A DNA stretch of 64,000 bases. Origin: Candidatus Latescibacterota bacterium. Its GTDB lineage: Bacteria; Latescibacterota; UBA2968; UBA8231. The DNA lies in NCBI GenBank assembly GCA_965223905.1, contig CBDCXV010000011.1:2131908-2195907 (forward strand), written 5' to 3'. Shown in pieces: positions 30,562 through 39,835 of this stretch; positions within the stretch are counted from its first letter, which is position 1; every line of letters begins with the position of its first letter. Below the pieces are notes generated by a model. It ran no database searches and was not told the origin of the DNA. It was given only the letters and a program-made list of their open reading frames with translations. Position numbers and translations under genes: made by a program.

Positions 30562-33500
30562 ACCTGCGCACCCCTTCCACCGACTCGGCGAGCTTCTGCG
30601 ACGCCAGCTCGAAATCGATCTCGTTCGGCGACCAGTCGACCGCCCTGATCGAGTCCGCCTCGACGGTGAACGTGCCCCAGTCTTCGGTGACCCGGCCCCG
30701 GACCTCGAACGGACCCGGCCCGGCGACGATGTCGGTGCAGCGCTCGAACACGTCGGGCCACAGCACGATGTCGGCGCTCTCCGACTTGTCCTCGATGGTC
30801 AGGAACATCATCGCCTCGCCGCGGCGCTGAACCCGGTGGACGCGGTCGGTGACGCGGCGCCCGAACAGCTTGATCCGCCGGCCGGCGTGGCGCCCGAGAT
30901 CGGCCGCCGGCACCGCCCCGGCGGCCGCCGGGTGCATGTCGAGGATCTCCAGGATCTCCCCCGAGATCATGTAGCCGAGCAGCTCGAGCTCGTTGAGGCA
31001 CTTCTCGGCGAGGCTGTAGTCGCGCAGCCCCTCCGGCACCGGGGGGCGCAGGGCGAGGCCTTCGAAGAGCGGCGCCGCGGCGGACGCAGAGGCCCCCCGC
31101 GCCGCGGCGGCGACGTCGTCGAGCTGCCACAGCAGCTCGGGCTGGGTGAGGCCGAAGCCGTCGAGCGCCCCGACGAGGATCAGGCGCTCGATCTCCTTCT
31201 TGTGCAGGCCGGGGACGCGGTGGGCGAGATCCGGCAGATCGCGGAAGCGGCCGCCGGCCTGCCGCTCCGCGACCGCGGCTTCGAGCGCCTTCTCGCGCAC
31301 CCCGCGCAGGTGCATCATCCCGGGCCGCATCAGGGCGCCGCGGCCCCGGTACCTGACGCCGGACTCGTTGACGTCCATCGGCAGGACGCGGATGCCCCAG
31401 CGCCGCGCTTCGTTGAGGTAGACGTCGCGGCGGTAGAAGCCGTGGCCGTTGCTGATCACCGCGGCGAGGAACTGCGCCGGGAAGTGGGCCTTGAGGTAGG
31501 AGCACTGGAACGACAGCTGCGCGTACGTGGCGCTGTGCGACTTGCAGAAGCTGAACCCCGTGAACGAGCTGACGCGCTTCCAGAGCTCGCGCGCCTGCTC
31601 CCCGGAGAGCCCGGCGTGGTCTCTGCAGCCCTGCAGAAAGGCGCGCTCCGTGGCCCTCCAGGTGTCGTCGTCGGGCGCCCCCTCGTGCTGGCTGTTCATC
31701 ATCTTGCGGATCATGTCCGCCTGCCTGAAGGAGAGGCCGGCGACCTGGTGGCAGATCTTGGTCACGTCCTCCTGGAAGGCGCAGACGTCGTGCGTCTCCC
31801 GCAGGATCGGCTCCAGCGCCGGGTGCACGAACTCCCAGTCCCTGATCCCCATCTTGCGCTTGCGCTCGCGCTCGACGTAGAGCTGCGTGTACGCCGAGCC
31901 GGCCGGGCGCACGAGACTGGAGGTGATCGCGATCTCCTCGAAGGTCTCGGCCTGCGCCTTCTGGTTGAGGCGCCGCTGCGCCGGGCTCTCGATGTAGAAG
32001 ACCCCCTTGGTGCGGCCCTTGCGGATGATCTCCCTGACCCGCGGGTCGGCGTAGCACTTCTCGAGGTCCCAGACCCCGGGGTCGTCGATCCCCTGCTCGT
32101 CGAGCTGGGCCAGCGCGTCGCGCAGCACCGACAGCGAGCCGTTGCCGAGGATGTCGAACTTGATCAGCCCGAGCTCGTCGATGCCGTTGTGCATGTCGAT
32201 CTGGGTGACGACGCGGTTCTTCGCGCCCCCGGAGGGCTCGCAGGCGACGTGGCGGCTGATCGGGCCGTTGGCGATCAGCACCCCGCCGGGATGCTGCCCG
32301 AGGTAGCGCGGCTTCCCCTCGAGACGCCGCGCCAGCTTCCACAGCATTGCGATCTCGCCGTCCTCGATGCGCTGCGTCCGCGTCTTGCGGCTCTCGAGAA
32401 TGGCGGTGACCTGGTCGTCGGTGTAGCCGAACACCTTGGCCGTCTCGCGGAAGGCGGCGCGGGCGCGGAAGTGGATGGTCGTGCCGGTGACGGCGACGCG
32501 CTCCGCTCCCCAGCGGTCGACGATGAAATCGTACACCAGCTCGCGCTCGTCCCAGCCGAAGTCGAGGTCGGCGTCGGGGGGCGAGGCCCGGTCCTCGTTG
32601 AGGAAGCGCTGGAAGTAGAGGTCGTAGCGGATCGGGTCGAGGTCGCTGACCCCGATGTTGTAGAAGGTGATCGAGTTGGCGGCGCTGCCGCGCAGGATGG
32701 TGCAGTCCGCGGGCCGGCGGTAGCCGCCGCGGAAGCGCTCGTTGGCCCAGTCGCGGATCTCCTTGACGATCAGGAAATAGGAGGCGTAGCCGAGCTTGGC
32801 GATCACCTCGAGCTCCATCGCCTGGAGCTGCCGCGCCTTTTCGCGGATCTCAGCGGACTGGCCGCCGTATTTGGCCTCGAGGCCGGCCGCGGCCAGCTCG
32901 GCCAGGCGGCTTTCCGGGGTGTGTCCGGAAGGGACCGCGGCGCGCGGCATGATCCACCGGTTCAGCTCGAGCTCGACGTCGCAGCCGGCGGCGAGCTCCC
33001 GCGTGTTGGCCAAGGCCTCGGGGCAGTCGGCGAACAGCTCCTCCATGCGCGCCGGCGAGGCGAGCACCGCGGCGCGCGAGGCCGCCTCTCCGGGGCGGAG
33101 CCTCGAGAGGGTCGAGTTGAGGCCGATCGCGGTGAGAATGCGGTGGATCTGCCAGTCGCCGGGGTCGAGAAAGAAGCTGTCGTTCGACGCCGTCAGCGGC
33201 AGGCCCAGGGAGCCGGCGGCGGCGGCGAGCTCGGCGCTGCGCGCCCGTGTGAAGGCCGAGTTGCGGACCAGCTCCCCGAAGAGGCGGCCGCGGTTCGGCC
33301 CCGCCGCCAGAAGTTGCAGCAGTCCGGGGTCGGCAGTTAACAGAAATAAATCCGGCCACTCCCGCGCGAAGGTGCGGGCGAAGGTGAAATCCGCGGCGAG
33401 GTGGCGGTCGCTGACGATCCGGCAGAGGTCGCCGTACCCTTCCGCGTTCCGGGCCAGCAGCAGGACCTTGGGCCACTGCGTCTTGCCCGCGGCGCCGCGG

Positions 33501-33781
33501 GCCCGGTGCGGCGGGACCGGAACGCCGGATGCCCCGCTGCGGCCGCGCGCCGACTCCCGCTCTCCGGAGTCCGGCTCGGTCAGCTCGACCCCGAGCAGCG
33601 GCTTGATCCCCGCCTTGCGGCACTCGAGGTAATGCAGGATCAGGCCGCTCATGCGGTCGGTGTCGGTGAGCGCCACGGCCGGCAGCCCCAGGCTCCCGGC
33701 TCTCTCCGCGATTTCCCCGACGCCGGGAACGCCGGCGTGGAAGGAGAACATCGAGTGGCAATGAAGGGGAGCGTAGGTCAC
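30533..33781 (-). CDS. dnaE2: Error-prone DNA polymerase III alpha (DnaE2/ImuC)
   Basis: PHP domain LHCHSMFSF, RGSAANS, PPDADLDF, HPGG, KFDILG, FCKSHS; coupled to the ImuB-like gene. Confidence 0.88.
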   Translation of the reverse strand: MTYAPLHCHSMFSFHAGVPGVGEIAERAGSLGLPAVALTDTDRMSGLILHYLECRKAGIKPLLGVELTEPDSGERESARGRSGASGVPVPPHRARGAAGKTQWPKVLLLARNAEGYGDLCRIVSDRHLAADFTFARTFAREWPDLFLLTADPGLLQLLAAGPNRGRLFGELVRNSAFTRARSAELAAAAGSLGLPLTASNDSFFLDPGDWQIHRILTAIGLNSTLSRLRPGEAASRAAVLASPARMEELFADCPEALANTRELAAGCDVELELNRWIMPRAAVPSGHTPESRLAELAAAGLEAKYGGQSAEIREKARQLQAMELEVIAKLGYASYFLIVKEIRDWANERFRGGYRRPADCTILRGSAANSITFYNIGVSDLDPIRYDLYFQRFLNEDRASPPDADLDFGWDERELVYDFIVDRWGAERVAVTGTTIHFRARAAFRETAKVFGYTDDQVTAILESRKTRTQRIEDGEIAMLWKLARRLEGKPRYLGQHPGGVLIANGPISRHVACEPSGGAKNRVVTQIDMHNGIDELGLIKFDILGNGSLSVLRDALAQLDEQGIDDPGVWDLEKCYADPRVREIIRKGRTKGVFYIESPAQRRLNQKAQAETFEEIAITSSLVRPAGSAYTQLYVERERKRKMGIRDWEFVHPALEPILRETHDVCAFQEDVTKICHQVAGLSFRQADMIRKMMNSQHEGAPDDDTWRATERAFLQGCRDHAGLSGEQARELWKRVSSFTGFSFCKSHSATYAQLSFQCSYLKAHFPAQFLAAVISNGHGFYRRDVYLNEARRWGIRVLPMDVNESGVRYRGRGALMRPGMMHLRGVREKALEAAVAERQAGGRFRDLPDLAHRVPGLHKKEIERLILVGALDGFGLTQPELLWQLDDVAAAARGASASAAAPLFEGLALRPPVPEGLRDYSLAEKCLNELELLGYMISGEILEILDMHPAAAGAVPAADLGRHAGRRIKLFGRRVTDRVHRVQRRGEAMMFLTIEDKSESADIVLWPDVFERCTDIVAGPGPFEVRGRVTEDWGTFTVEADSIRAVDWSPNEIDFELASQKLAESVEGVRRYGDVATAAA

Positions 33782-33827
33782 TTGATTCAGGTGGACGGGA
33801 AGAGGGGAGACGGCCGGTGACGGTCGA

Positions 33828-33878
33828 TTGACACATTAAGTGCACATATGTATAGTTGTCTCAGTGAGGCCGTGTCAA
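33828..33878. promoter_or_regulatory. Overlapping divergent sigma70 promoters with central palindrome
   Basis: Plus strand: TTGACA(33828-33)-N17-TATAGT(33851-56). Minus strand: TTGACA(33878-73)-N18-TATACA(33854-49). Palindrome TGCACATATGTATA at 33841-54. Confidence 0.65.
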
Positions 33879-34059
33879 CGGAAAAAACGGCCGCTTGGTA
33901 GTTTTGACGGAATCCCCCGCGTTGGATTTCCTTACGATGCTTTGAAGGAGTACAGGGACTTTCTCCACACCCTGGGCAACGGAAAGAGCTTGTCGCGATG
34001 GATACCGTTACCGAGGTATTCGACTGCATTGGGCAGCACGGTAGACCATACGGAAGCTG

Positions 34060-35001
34060 ATGAGCGATAAAGAGACGCAACGCATCCGCGATCCGGTCCA
34101 TGGTCTTATCGTGTTCGGTGGCGGGAACGACGCACACCAAAACGAGACGGACCGAATCGCGTGGCGTCTGCTCAATACCCGGGAATTCCAGAGGCTGCGC
34201 CGGATTCGCCAGTTGGGCTTCTCCGACCTGGTATATCCCGGCGCGACACACAGCCGCCTGGCGCACGCCATCGGTGTCTATCACACCGCGCGCCGGCTCA
34301 TCGAGGTGATTCGCCGACGGCAGGACAAAAGGCACGAGGACAAGGAACGGGCGCGGGTCGTACTGTTGGCGGCGCTGCTGCACGATATCGGACACGGGTC
34401 CTTCAGTCACGTCTTCGAGCACGCGGCCTATTCCGTGGGCTTGAAAAAACGACATGAGGATTGGAGTGCGGATATCATCCAAGGCGACACTGAGGTCAAC
34501 CAGGTGTTGCGGAAAGTGAACGAGACGTCTGAATCGCCGACGTTGGGTTCGTATCTCGATCTCGACGATGCCGCGGTTTGGGCAACCTTGGCGGCCCTTG
34601 CCGAGTTATCATCATCACATCCACTGGTTTCGGACTTGGCGCGCCGTCTGCGAGGGCGCCGTCTTTATAAGTGCTTTGATATTGGTATCCGGGACAATCC
34701 AGGTGACAATCTTTACAACCGTTTCCGCCACAAATTGAGTGAAGAATACACTGGGAAGTACGACACTCTTCTATTCGACAATGAGGAAGTCGCGCTCTAC
34801 AAATGGTCCGACTTGATGTCTTCGCCGATAAATAAAGTTCTGGTAAAGACACGCGCCGAGGACCAAGAACCAAGGGACATTGCCGATGTGTCGAGCATCG
34901 TTTCTGCGCTTCGTCGCGCGGAGCGAATTCAGAGGATTTACGCTCCGGATCAAACCCAGATAGAAGAAATCAGGAAAATATGGAGGAGATCAATTAAATG
35001 A
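34060..35001 (+). CDS. HD-domain phosphohydrolase (YwfO/SAMHD1-like), apparently internally deleted
   Basis: RIRDPVHG, FQRLRRIRQLG, YPGATHSRLAH, ALLHDIGHGSFSHVFE; the expected downstream DADRxDY motif is absent. Confidence 0.75.
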   Translation: MSDKETQRIRDPVHGLIVFGGGNDAHQNETDRIAWRLLNTREFQRLRRIRQLGFSDLVYPGATHSRLAHAIGVYHTARRLIEVIRRRQDKRHEDKERARVVLLAALLHDIGHGSFSHVFEHAAYSVGLKKRHEDWSADIIQGDTEVNQVLRKVNETSESPTLGSYLDLDDAAVWATLAALAELSSSHPLVSDLARRLRGRRLYKCFDIGIRDNPGDNLYNRFRHKLSEEYTGKYDTLLFDNEEVALYKWSDLMSSPINKVLVKTRAEDQEPRDIADVSSIVSALRRAERIQRIYAPDQTQIEEIRKIWRRSIK

Positions 35002-35132
35002 AGGCTGAAGACGTCGTAGTCAATTTGATCAAACTGAACGATCGCGAACTGATCGGCCGGACCCGGCTGCAGAAGGAGGCGTATCTTCTGGACCGCTGCG
35101 GAGCAGAGTTCGGGTTGTCGTTTACTTATTAC

Positions 35133-35208
35133 CAGGAGCGGTCAATAGTTGACAATTTTCCGCCTGATACAGAGGGGTGTGATGTCAACTTTAGGGTGCT
35201 CCCCGTGA
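35133..35208. mobile_element. 76-bp MITE-like insertion
   Basis: Flanked by TATTAC (35127-32, 35209-14); imperfect inverted ends CAGGAGCGGTCAATAGTTGACA / rc GGGGAGCACCCTAAAGTTGACA. Confidence 0.65.
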
Positions 35209-35421
35209 TATTACTATTACGGTCCTTACTCCTTCGAGCTTGCCGATGGATGGGAGGACGCGCGGGCAGAAGGTCGGATTGAAATCTCGGAAGAGCCGGG
35301 CCGGTACGGTGTCCCGTATTCGATCTTCAAACTGAAGAGATCCGGCGGCGCCCCGGACAGCTTGGGTAACATGTCGGCTGACGCTGCTCGCGCACGGTTG
35401 AGGAAGATGGCGAGTGTTTCG

Positions 35422-36885
35422 GGGTCTATCCGGGTTTTTCAACGCCGAAACGTAAGTACGGAAAGTACCTGAGCCCTTGCTGTCCATCTGAGTACATGAC
35501 AAGGCCATAGGTCGTTCCCTATGCTTGGTGTATCCCCATCAAGCACTCCCCAAGAAAGGGAAGGGAAGGCGACCTATGACCGCTATGAAGTTCGTCTCCA
35601 AGCTGTTCCAATTCAAGGGATTTCGCGCGGTGGGCGTGTGGTTCGAAGGACACGGGGAAGAAGCGGCCGTCGTGGTCGCGGTGAAGCCCCAAAGGAACGG
35701 GTGCCGGTGTCCCGAGTGTGGGCGCCGCGGCAAGATCGTACAGGTCATGGAGTTCCGCCGCTGGCGCGACGTCCGCGTTTGCGGCCGTACCCTCTGGTTG
35801 CACCACGCCCCTCGGGAGATCCGCTGCCCGACCCACGGCCGTCGCGTCGAGGAGGTGCCCTGGGCGGCGCCCTCGGCCCAGGTCAGCTACCGCTTCGAAT
35901 ACCTGCTGCTGAGGTACTGCCAGTGGATGACGCAGGCCGCCGCCGCGCGCCTGCTGGGTCTGGCCCCGTCGACCCTGTCCGACCAGCTGCACCGGCTCAT
36001 CGAGCGCCGGCGTACGGGGCACCGCATCCGCCGGCTGAAGACCCTCGGCATCGACGAGATCTCCTACGCCAAGGGCCATAAATACGCTACCCTGGTCTAC
36101 GACCTGGAACGCTCCCGTGTCGTCTGGGTCGGCAAGGGCAAGGCACGGAAGACCATCGACGCGTTTTTCCGGGACCATCTCAGCGCCTTCCAGAAGGACC
36201 GCATCCGCTGGGCCTGCTGCGACCTGAGCGAGACCTTCATCGGCGCCATCCGGCAGCATGGTCCCAACGCCGAGTTGGTCCTGGACCGATTCCACGTCGT
36301 CAAGGCCCTCAACGAAGCCGTCGACGAGGTGCGCAAGGAGCAGTGGCGGCAAGCCTGTGGCGAGGACCGCAAGCTGCTCAAGGGCCTGCGCTGGGTGCTG
36401 CTGCATCACTCCGCCCAGCGCTCGCGAAAGGATCGGCGCACGCTCCAAACCCTGGAGAAGGCCAACCGCCGCATCTACCGCGCCTGGCGCCTGAAGGACG
36501 AGTTCGAGCACTTCTGGCGCTACAAGGCGCGCTGGGCCGCCGAACGCTTCCTCAAGAAGTGGACGACGGCGGCCCTGCGCAGCCGCCTGCAGCCCCTGCG
36601 CAAGTTCGTCAACACGGTGCGCAAGCAGGCGGCCGGCATCACCGCCTTCGTCGACACGCACCTGACCAACGCCGCCGCCGAAGGGCTCAATCGCATTATC
36701 CGCATGGTCAAGAATCGAGCCAGTGGATTTAAAACTCTGGATGCCTTTGCCGACCTGATTTACCTGTGCGTCGGAGACCTCGATATCCCTGCGCAGATTC
36801 CGGCCCGATTCCGTACAGTATGAAACCCTAAAAATCTCATTGGGGAAACGCTATAAATACCACGTTGAAAAACCCGTATATAGCC
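35422..36885 (+). mobile_element. ISL3-family insertion sequence, copy 1 (1464 bp)
   Basis: 22-bp imperfect IRs GGGTCTATCCGGGTTTTTCAAC / GGCTATATACGGGTTTTTCAAC; 8-bp TSD GTGTTTCG (35414-21, 36886-93). Confidence 0.95.
35576..36823 (+). CDS. ISL3-family transposase
   Basis: CPECG zinc finger, LGIDEIS, DRFHVVK, TNAAAEGLNRII. Confidence 0.95.
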   Translation: MTAMKFVSKLFQFKGFRAVGVWFEGHGEEAAVVVAVKPQRNGCRCPECGRRGKIVQVMEFRRWRDVRVCGRTLWLHHAPREIRCPTHGRRVEEVPWAAPSAQVSYRFEYLLLRYCQWMTQAAAARLLGLAPSTLSDQLHRLIERRRTGHRIRRLKTLGIDEISYAKGHKYATLVYDLERSRVVWVGKGKARKTIDAFFRDHLSAFQKDRIRWACCDLSETFIGAIRQHGPNAELVLDRFHVVKALNEAVDEVRKEQWRQACGEDRKLLKGLRWVLLHHSAQRSRKDRRTLQTLEKANRRIYRAWRLKDEFEHFWRYKARWAAERFLKKWTTAALRSRLQPLRKFVNTVRKQAAGITAFVDTHLTNAAAEGLNRIIRMVKNRASGFKTLDAFADLIYLCVGDLDIPAQIPARFRTV

Positions 36886-37167
36886 GTGTTTCGGACATTG
36901 TTCTCGAGCTCGCCGCCACCATCGTCTATCTGAAAGAAGAAGGTTACGACGAGCGGACCATCGAAGAATTGAAAATTCGCAAACCTCTCAAGGCGACGGA
37001 CCAGCTGATCAAAAAAGCCACCGATCTGTTGGGCGACCTCGAATTGCCGCCTGTCGGTGCCGAGGATTCTGCAGGCCCGCGCACTCCCTGAGAAGGACTT
37101 TCATCAAGTTTGCAAGCAGGTTACAAGGACGAGACCTGCATCGAGCTGAAAAAGGCCAGAATGTATC

Positions 37168-37401
37168 ATGATAAGGCAAATCAAACCACTGAAAAACGGC
37201 ATCATTACAAGTGTTTCACTTGATGAAGCAGGCTTTGCGACAGTGCACTTGACCCATTCCTCTTGTGACAATAGTTCCTCGTATGCTTTCGCGCCATTGC
37301 AAACAGGAAGTGAGGATTTCGAGTGCAGCCACTGCGGGAAGGTGTTGCTGAGATTATCAGTCGAGGAAAGCGAAGAGGTGCCCGATGCGTCGGAACTGTG
37401 A
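37168..37401 (+). CDS. Small hypothetical protein with CxxC
   Basis: 77-aa ORF with HSSC and FECSHCGK, in line with flanking genes. Confidence 0.45.
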   Translation: MIRQIKPLKNGIITSVSLDEAGFATVHLTHSSCDNSSSYAFAPLQTGSEDFECSHCGKVLLRLSVEESEEVPDASEL

Positions 37402-38100
37402 CGCGAGAAACATCACTATCTGATCGCGCAAATGCAGGTGGTGAGTGCTTTGGTAAAACTATAATGATCCAATTACTCAATGGAGCTTGGCGGAAAGATC
37501 TCTCGGGTATTGCCTCGACTGCTGACCAGTCCGTTCTTATCGCCGCTCCGTACATCAAGTATGAAGAAGCAGTATGGTTCTGCGAGTTGTTGCGCCCAGG
37601 TGTCGAGGTTTATATCGCTCGTGAACATAGACGCGGAGGCCGTCAGTGCATCAGCATTGGATGTGACTGCCCTACGTTGTCTCGCAGAGGCATCTCCCTT
37701 TGCAAAACTCATCGCACTGTCCAACCTTCACGCAAAAGTGTTTGTCGTCGACGAAAAAGCGGCTATCGTAACATCCGGCAACCTGACACGTTCAGCACTC
37801 GACAGCAACCTCGAATACGGCGTGTTGTCCAAGAAACCGACTTGGTTCAGACAATACGCAAGGACATGCTTTCCTTCGCCCGTCTCGGTAGCCAGGTAGA
37901 TACAAATACTATTGTTGAACTTGCTTCCCTGGAAACCGAGCTTCGCTTTGCGCGAGCCAACATCACAAGCAGTACTACACCAGATGCAAAGCGTAGATTC
38001 GCCAAGGTAATGAGACAAGCGCGCCCAGTACTTGCTTCCCTGCAGGTAGGCAAACGAAGTGCGCACGCCGTGTTCGGTGAGGCGATTCAGTCATACTAGC

Positions 38101-39564
38101 GGCTATATACGGGTTTTTCAACGTGGTATTTATAGCGTTTCCCCAATGAGATTTTTAGGGTTTCATACTGTACGGAATCGGGCCGGAATCTGCGCAGGGA
38201 TATCGAGGTCTCCGACGCACAGGTAAATCAGGTCGGCAAAGGCATCCAGAGTTTTAAATCCACTGGCTCGATTCTTGACCATGCGGATAATGCGATTGAG
38301 CCCTTCGGCGGCGGCGTTGGTCAGGTGCGTGTCGACGAAGGCGGTGATGCCGGCCGCCTGCTTGCGCACCGTGTTGACGAACTTGCGCAGGGGCTGCAGG
38401 CGGCTGCGCAGGGCCGCCGTCGTCCACTTCTTGAGGAAGCGTTCGGCGGCCCAGCGCGCCTTGTAGCGCCAGAAGTGCTCGAACTCGTCCTTCAGGCGCC
38501 AGGCGCGGTAGATGCGGCGGTTGGCCTTCTCCAGGGTTTGGAGCGTGCGCCGATCCTTTCGCGAGCGCTGGGCGGAGTGATGCAGCAGCACCCAGCGCAG
38601 GCCCTTGAGCAGCTTGCGGTCCTCGCCACAGGCTTGCCGCCACTGCTCCTTGCGCACCTCGTCGACGGCTTCGTTGAGGGCCTTGACGACGTGGAATCGG
38701 TCCAGGACCAACTCGGCGTTGGGACCATGCTGCCGGATGGCGCCGATGAAGGTCTCGCTCAGGTCGCAGCAGGCCCAGCGGATGCGGTCCTTCTGGAAGG
38801 CGCTGAGATGGTCCCGGAAAAACGCGTCGATGGTCTTCCGTGCCTTGCCCTTGCCGACCCAGACGACACGGGAGCGTTCCAGGTCGTAGACCAGGGTAGC
38901 GTATTTATGGCCCTTGGCGTAGGAGATCTCGTCGATGCCGAGGGTCTTCAGCCGGCGGATGCGGTGCCCCGTACGCCGGCGCTCGATGAGCCGGTGCAGC
39001 TGGTCGGACAGGGTCGACGGGGCCAGACCCAGCAGGCGCGCGGCGGCGGCCTGCGTCATCCACTGGCAGTACCTCAGCAGCAGGTATTCGAAGCGGTAGC
39101 TGACCTGGGCCGAGGGCGCCGCCCAGGGCACCTCCTCGACGCGACGGCCGTGGGTCGGGCAGCGGATCTCCCGAGGGGCGTGGTGCAACCAGAGGGTACG
39201 GCCGCAAACGCGGACGTCGCGCCAGCGGCGGAACTCCATGACCTGTACGATCTTGCCGCGGCGCCCACACTCGGGACACCGGCACCCGTTCCTTTGGGGC
39301 TTCACCGCGACCACGACGGCCGCTTCTTCCCCGTGTCCTTCGAACCACACGCCCACCGCGCGAAATCCCTTGAATTGGAACAGCTTGGAGACGAACTTCA
39401 TAGCGGTCATAGGTCGCCTTCCCTTCCCTTTCTTGGGGAGTGCTTGATGGGGATACACCAAGCATAGGGAACGACCTATGGCCTTGTCATGTACTCAGAT
39501 GGACAGCAAGGGCTCAGGTACTTTCCGTACTTACGTTTCGGCGTTGAAAAACCCGGATAGACCC
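38101..39564 (-). mobile_element. ISL3-family insertion sequence, copy 2 (inverted)
   Basis: Same IRs, same 1464-bp length and identical transposase translation; own 8-bp TSD ATACTAGC (38093-100, 39565-72). Confidence 0.95.
38163..39410 (-). CDS. ISL3-family transposase
   Basis: Protein identical to copy 1. Confidence 0.95.
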   Translation of the reverse strand: MTAMKFVSKLFQFKGFRAVGVWFEGHGEEAAVVVAVKPQRNGCRCPECGRRGKIVQVMEFRRWRDVRVCGRTLWLHHAPREIRCPTHGRRVEEVPWAAPSAQVSYRFEYLLLRYCQWMTQAAAARLLGLAPSTLSDQLHRLIERRRTGHRIRRLKTLGIDEISYAKGHKYATLVYDLERSRVVWVGKGKARKTIDAFFRDHLSAFQKDRIRWACCDLSETFIGAIRQHGPNAELVLDRFHVVKALNEAVDEVRKEQWRQACGEDRKLLKGLRWVLLHHSAQRSRKDRRTLQTLEKANRRIYRAWRLKDEFEHFWRYKARWAAERFLKKWTTAALRSRLQPLRKFVNTVRKQAAGITAFVDTHLTNAAAEGLNRIIRMVKNRASGFKTLDAFADLIYLCVGDLDIPAQIPARFRTV

Positions 39565-39835
39565 ATACTAGCCCGCGGCCCACAGACTACAAAAGCAATC
39601 CAGAGAGAAGTGAGCCAACTCATGCCAACCCTCTGCGACGATCGAGAATACCTCATCATCAAAGGCGAACGTTATGGTAAGGCTTGGAAACGGCGATTCC
39701 GCCATGCACAACTACACCTCAAGCGAAGGGGTGTTGTCACCTACAACGCCAGCTCAAGGACTTGGAGCCTTACCCGTTCATGAATTCATGCAGTACCGCC
39801 CGTAAGGAAGGATTGCCGGCATTTCTCACAACCGG

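Larger units (their letters stand above)
34998..37091 (+). pseudogene. YwgA-like winged-helix protein interrupted by a 76-bp insert and ISL3
   Basis: Removing both inserts restores GRTRLQKEAYLL...FTYYYYGPYSFEL...MASVSDIVLELAATIVYL. ATGA overlap with the HD gene. Confidence 0.78.
37464..39783 (+). pseudogene. PLD-like (HKD) nuclease with C-terminal Mrr_N-like winged helix; three frameshifts plus ISL3 insertion
   Basis: IAAPYIK, LHAKVFVVDEKAAIVTSGNLT...NLEYGV; continues after the IS as ILARGP...WKRRFRHAQLHLKRRG...TWSL. Confidence 0.75.

Noticed and set aside
35422-39564. Composite transposon that brought in 36886-38100
   Set aside because: Each IS has its own TSD and the enclosed DNA continues genes on the outer flanks.
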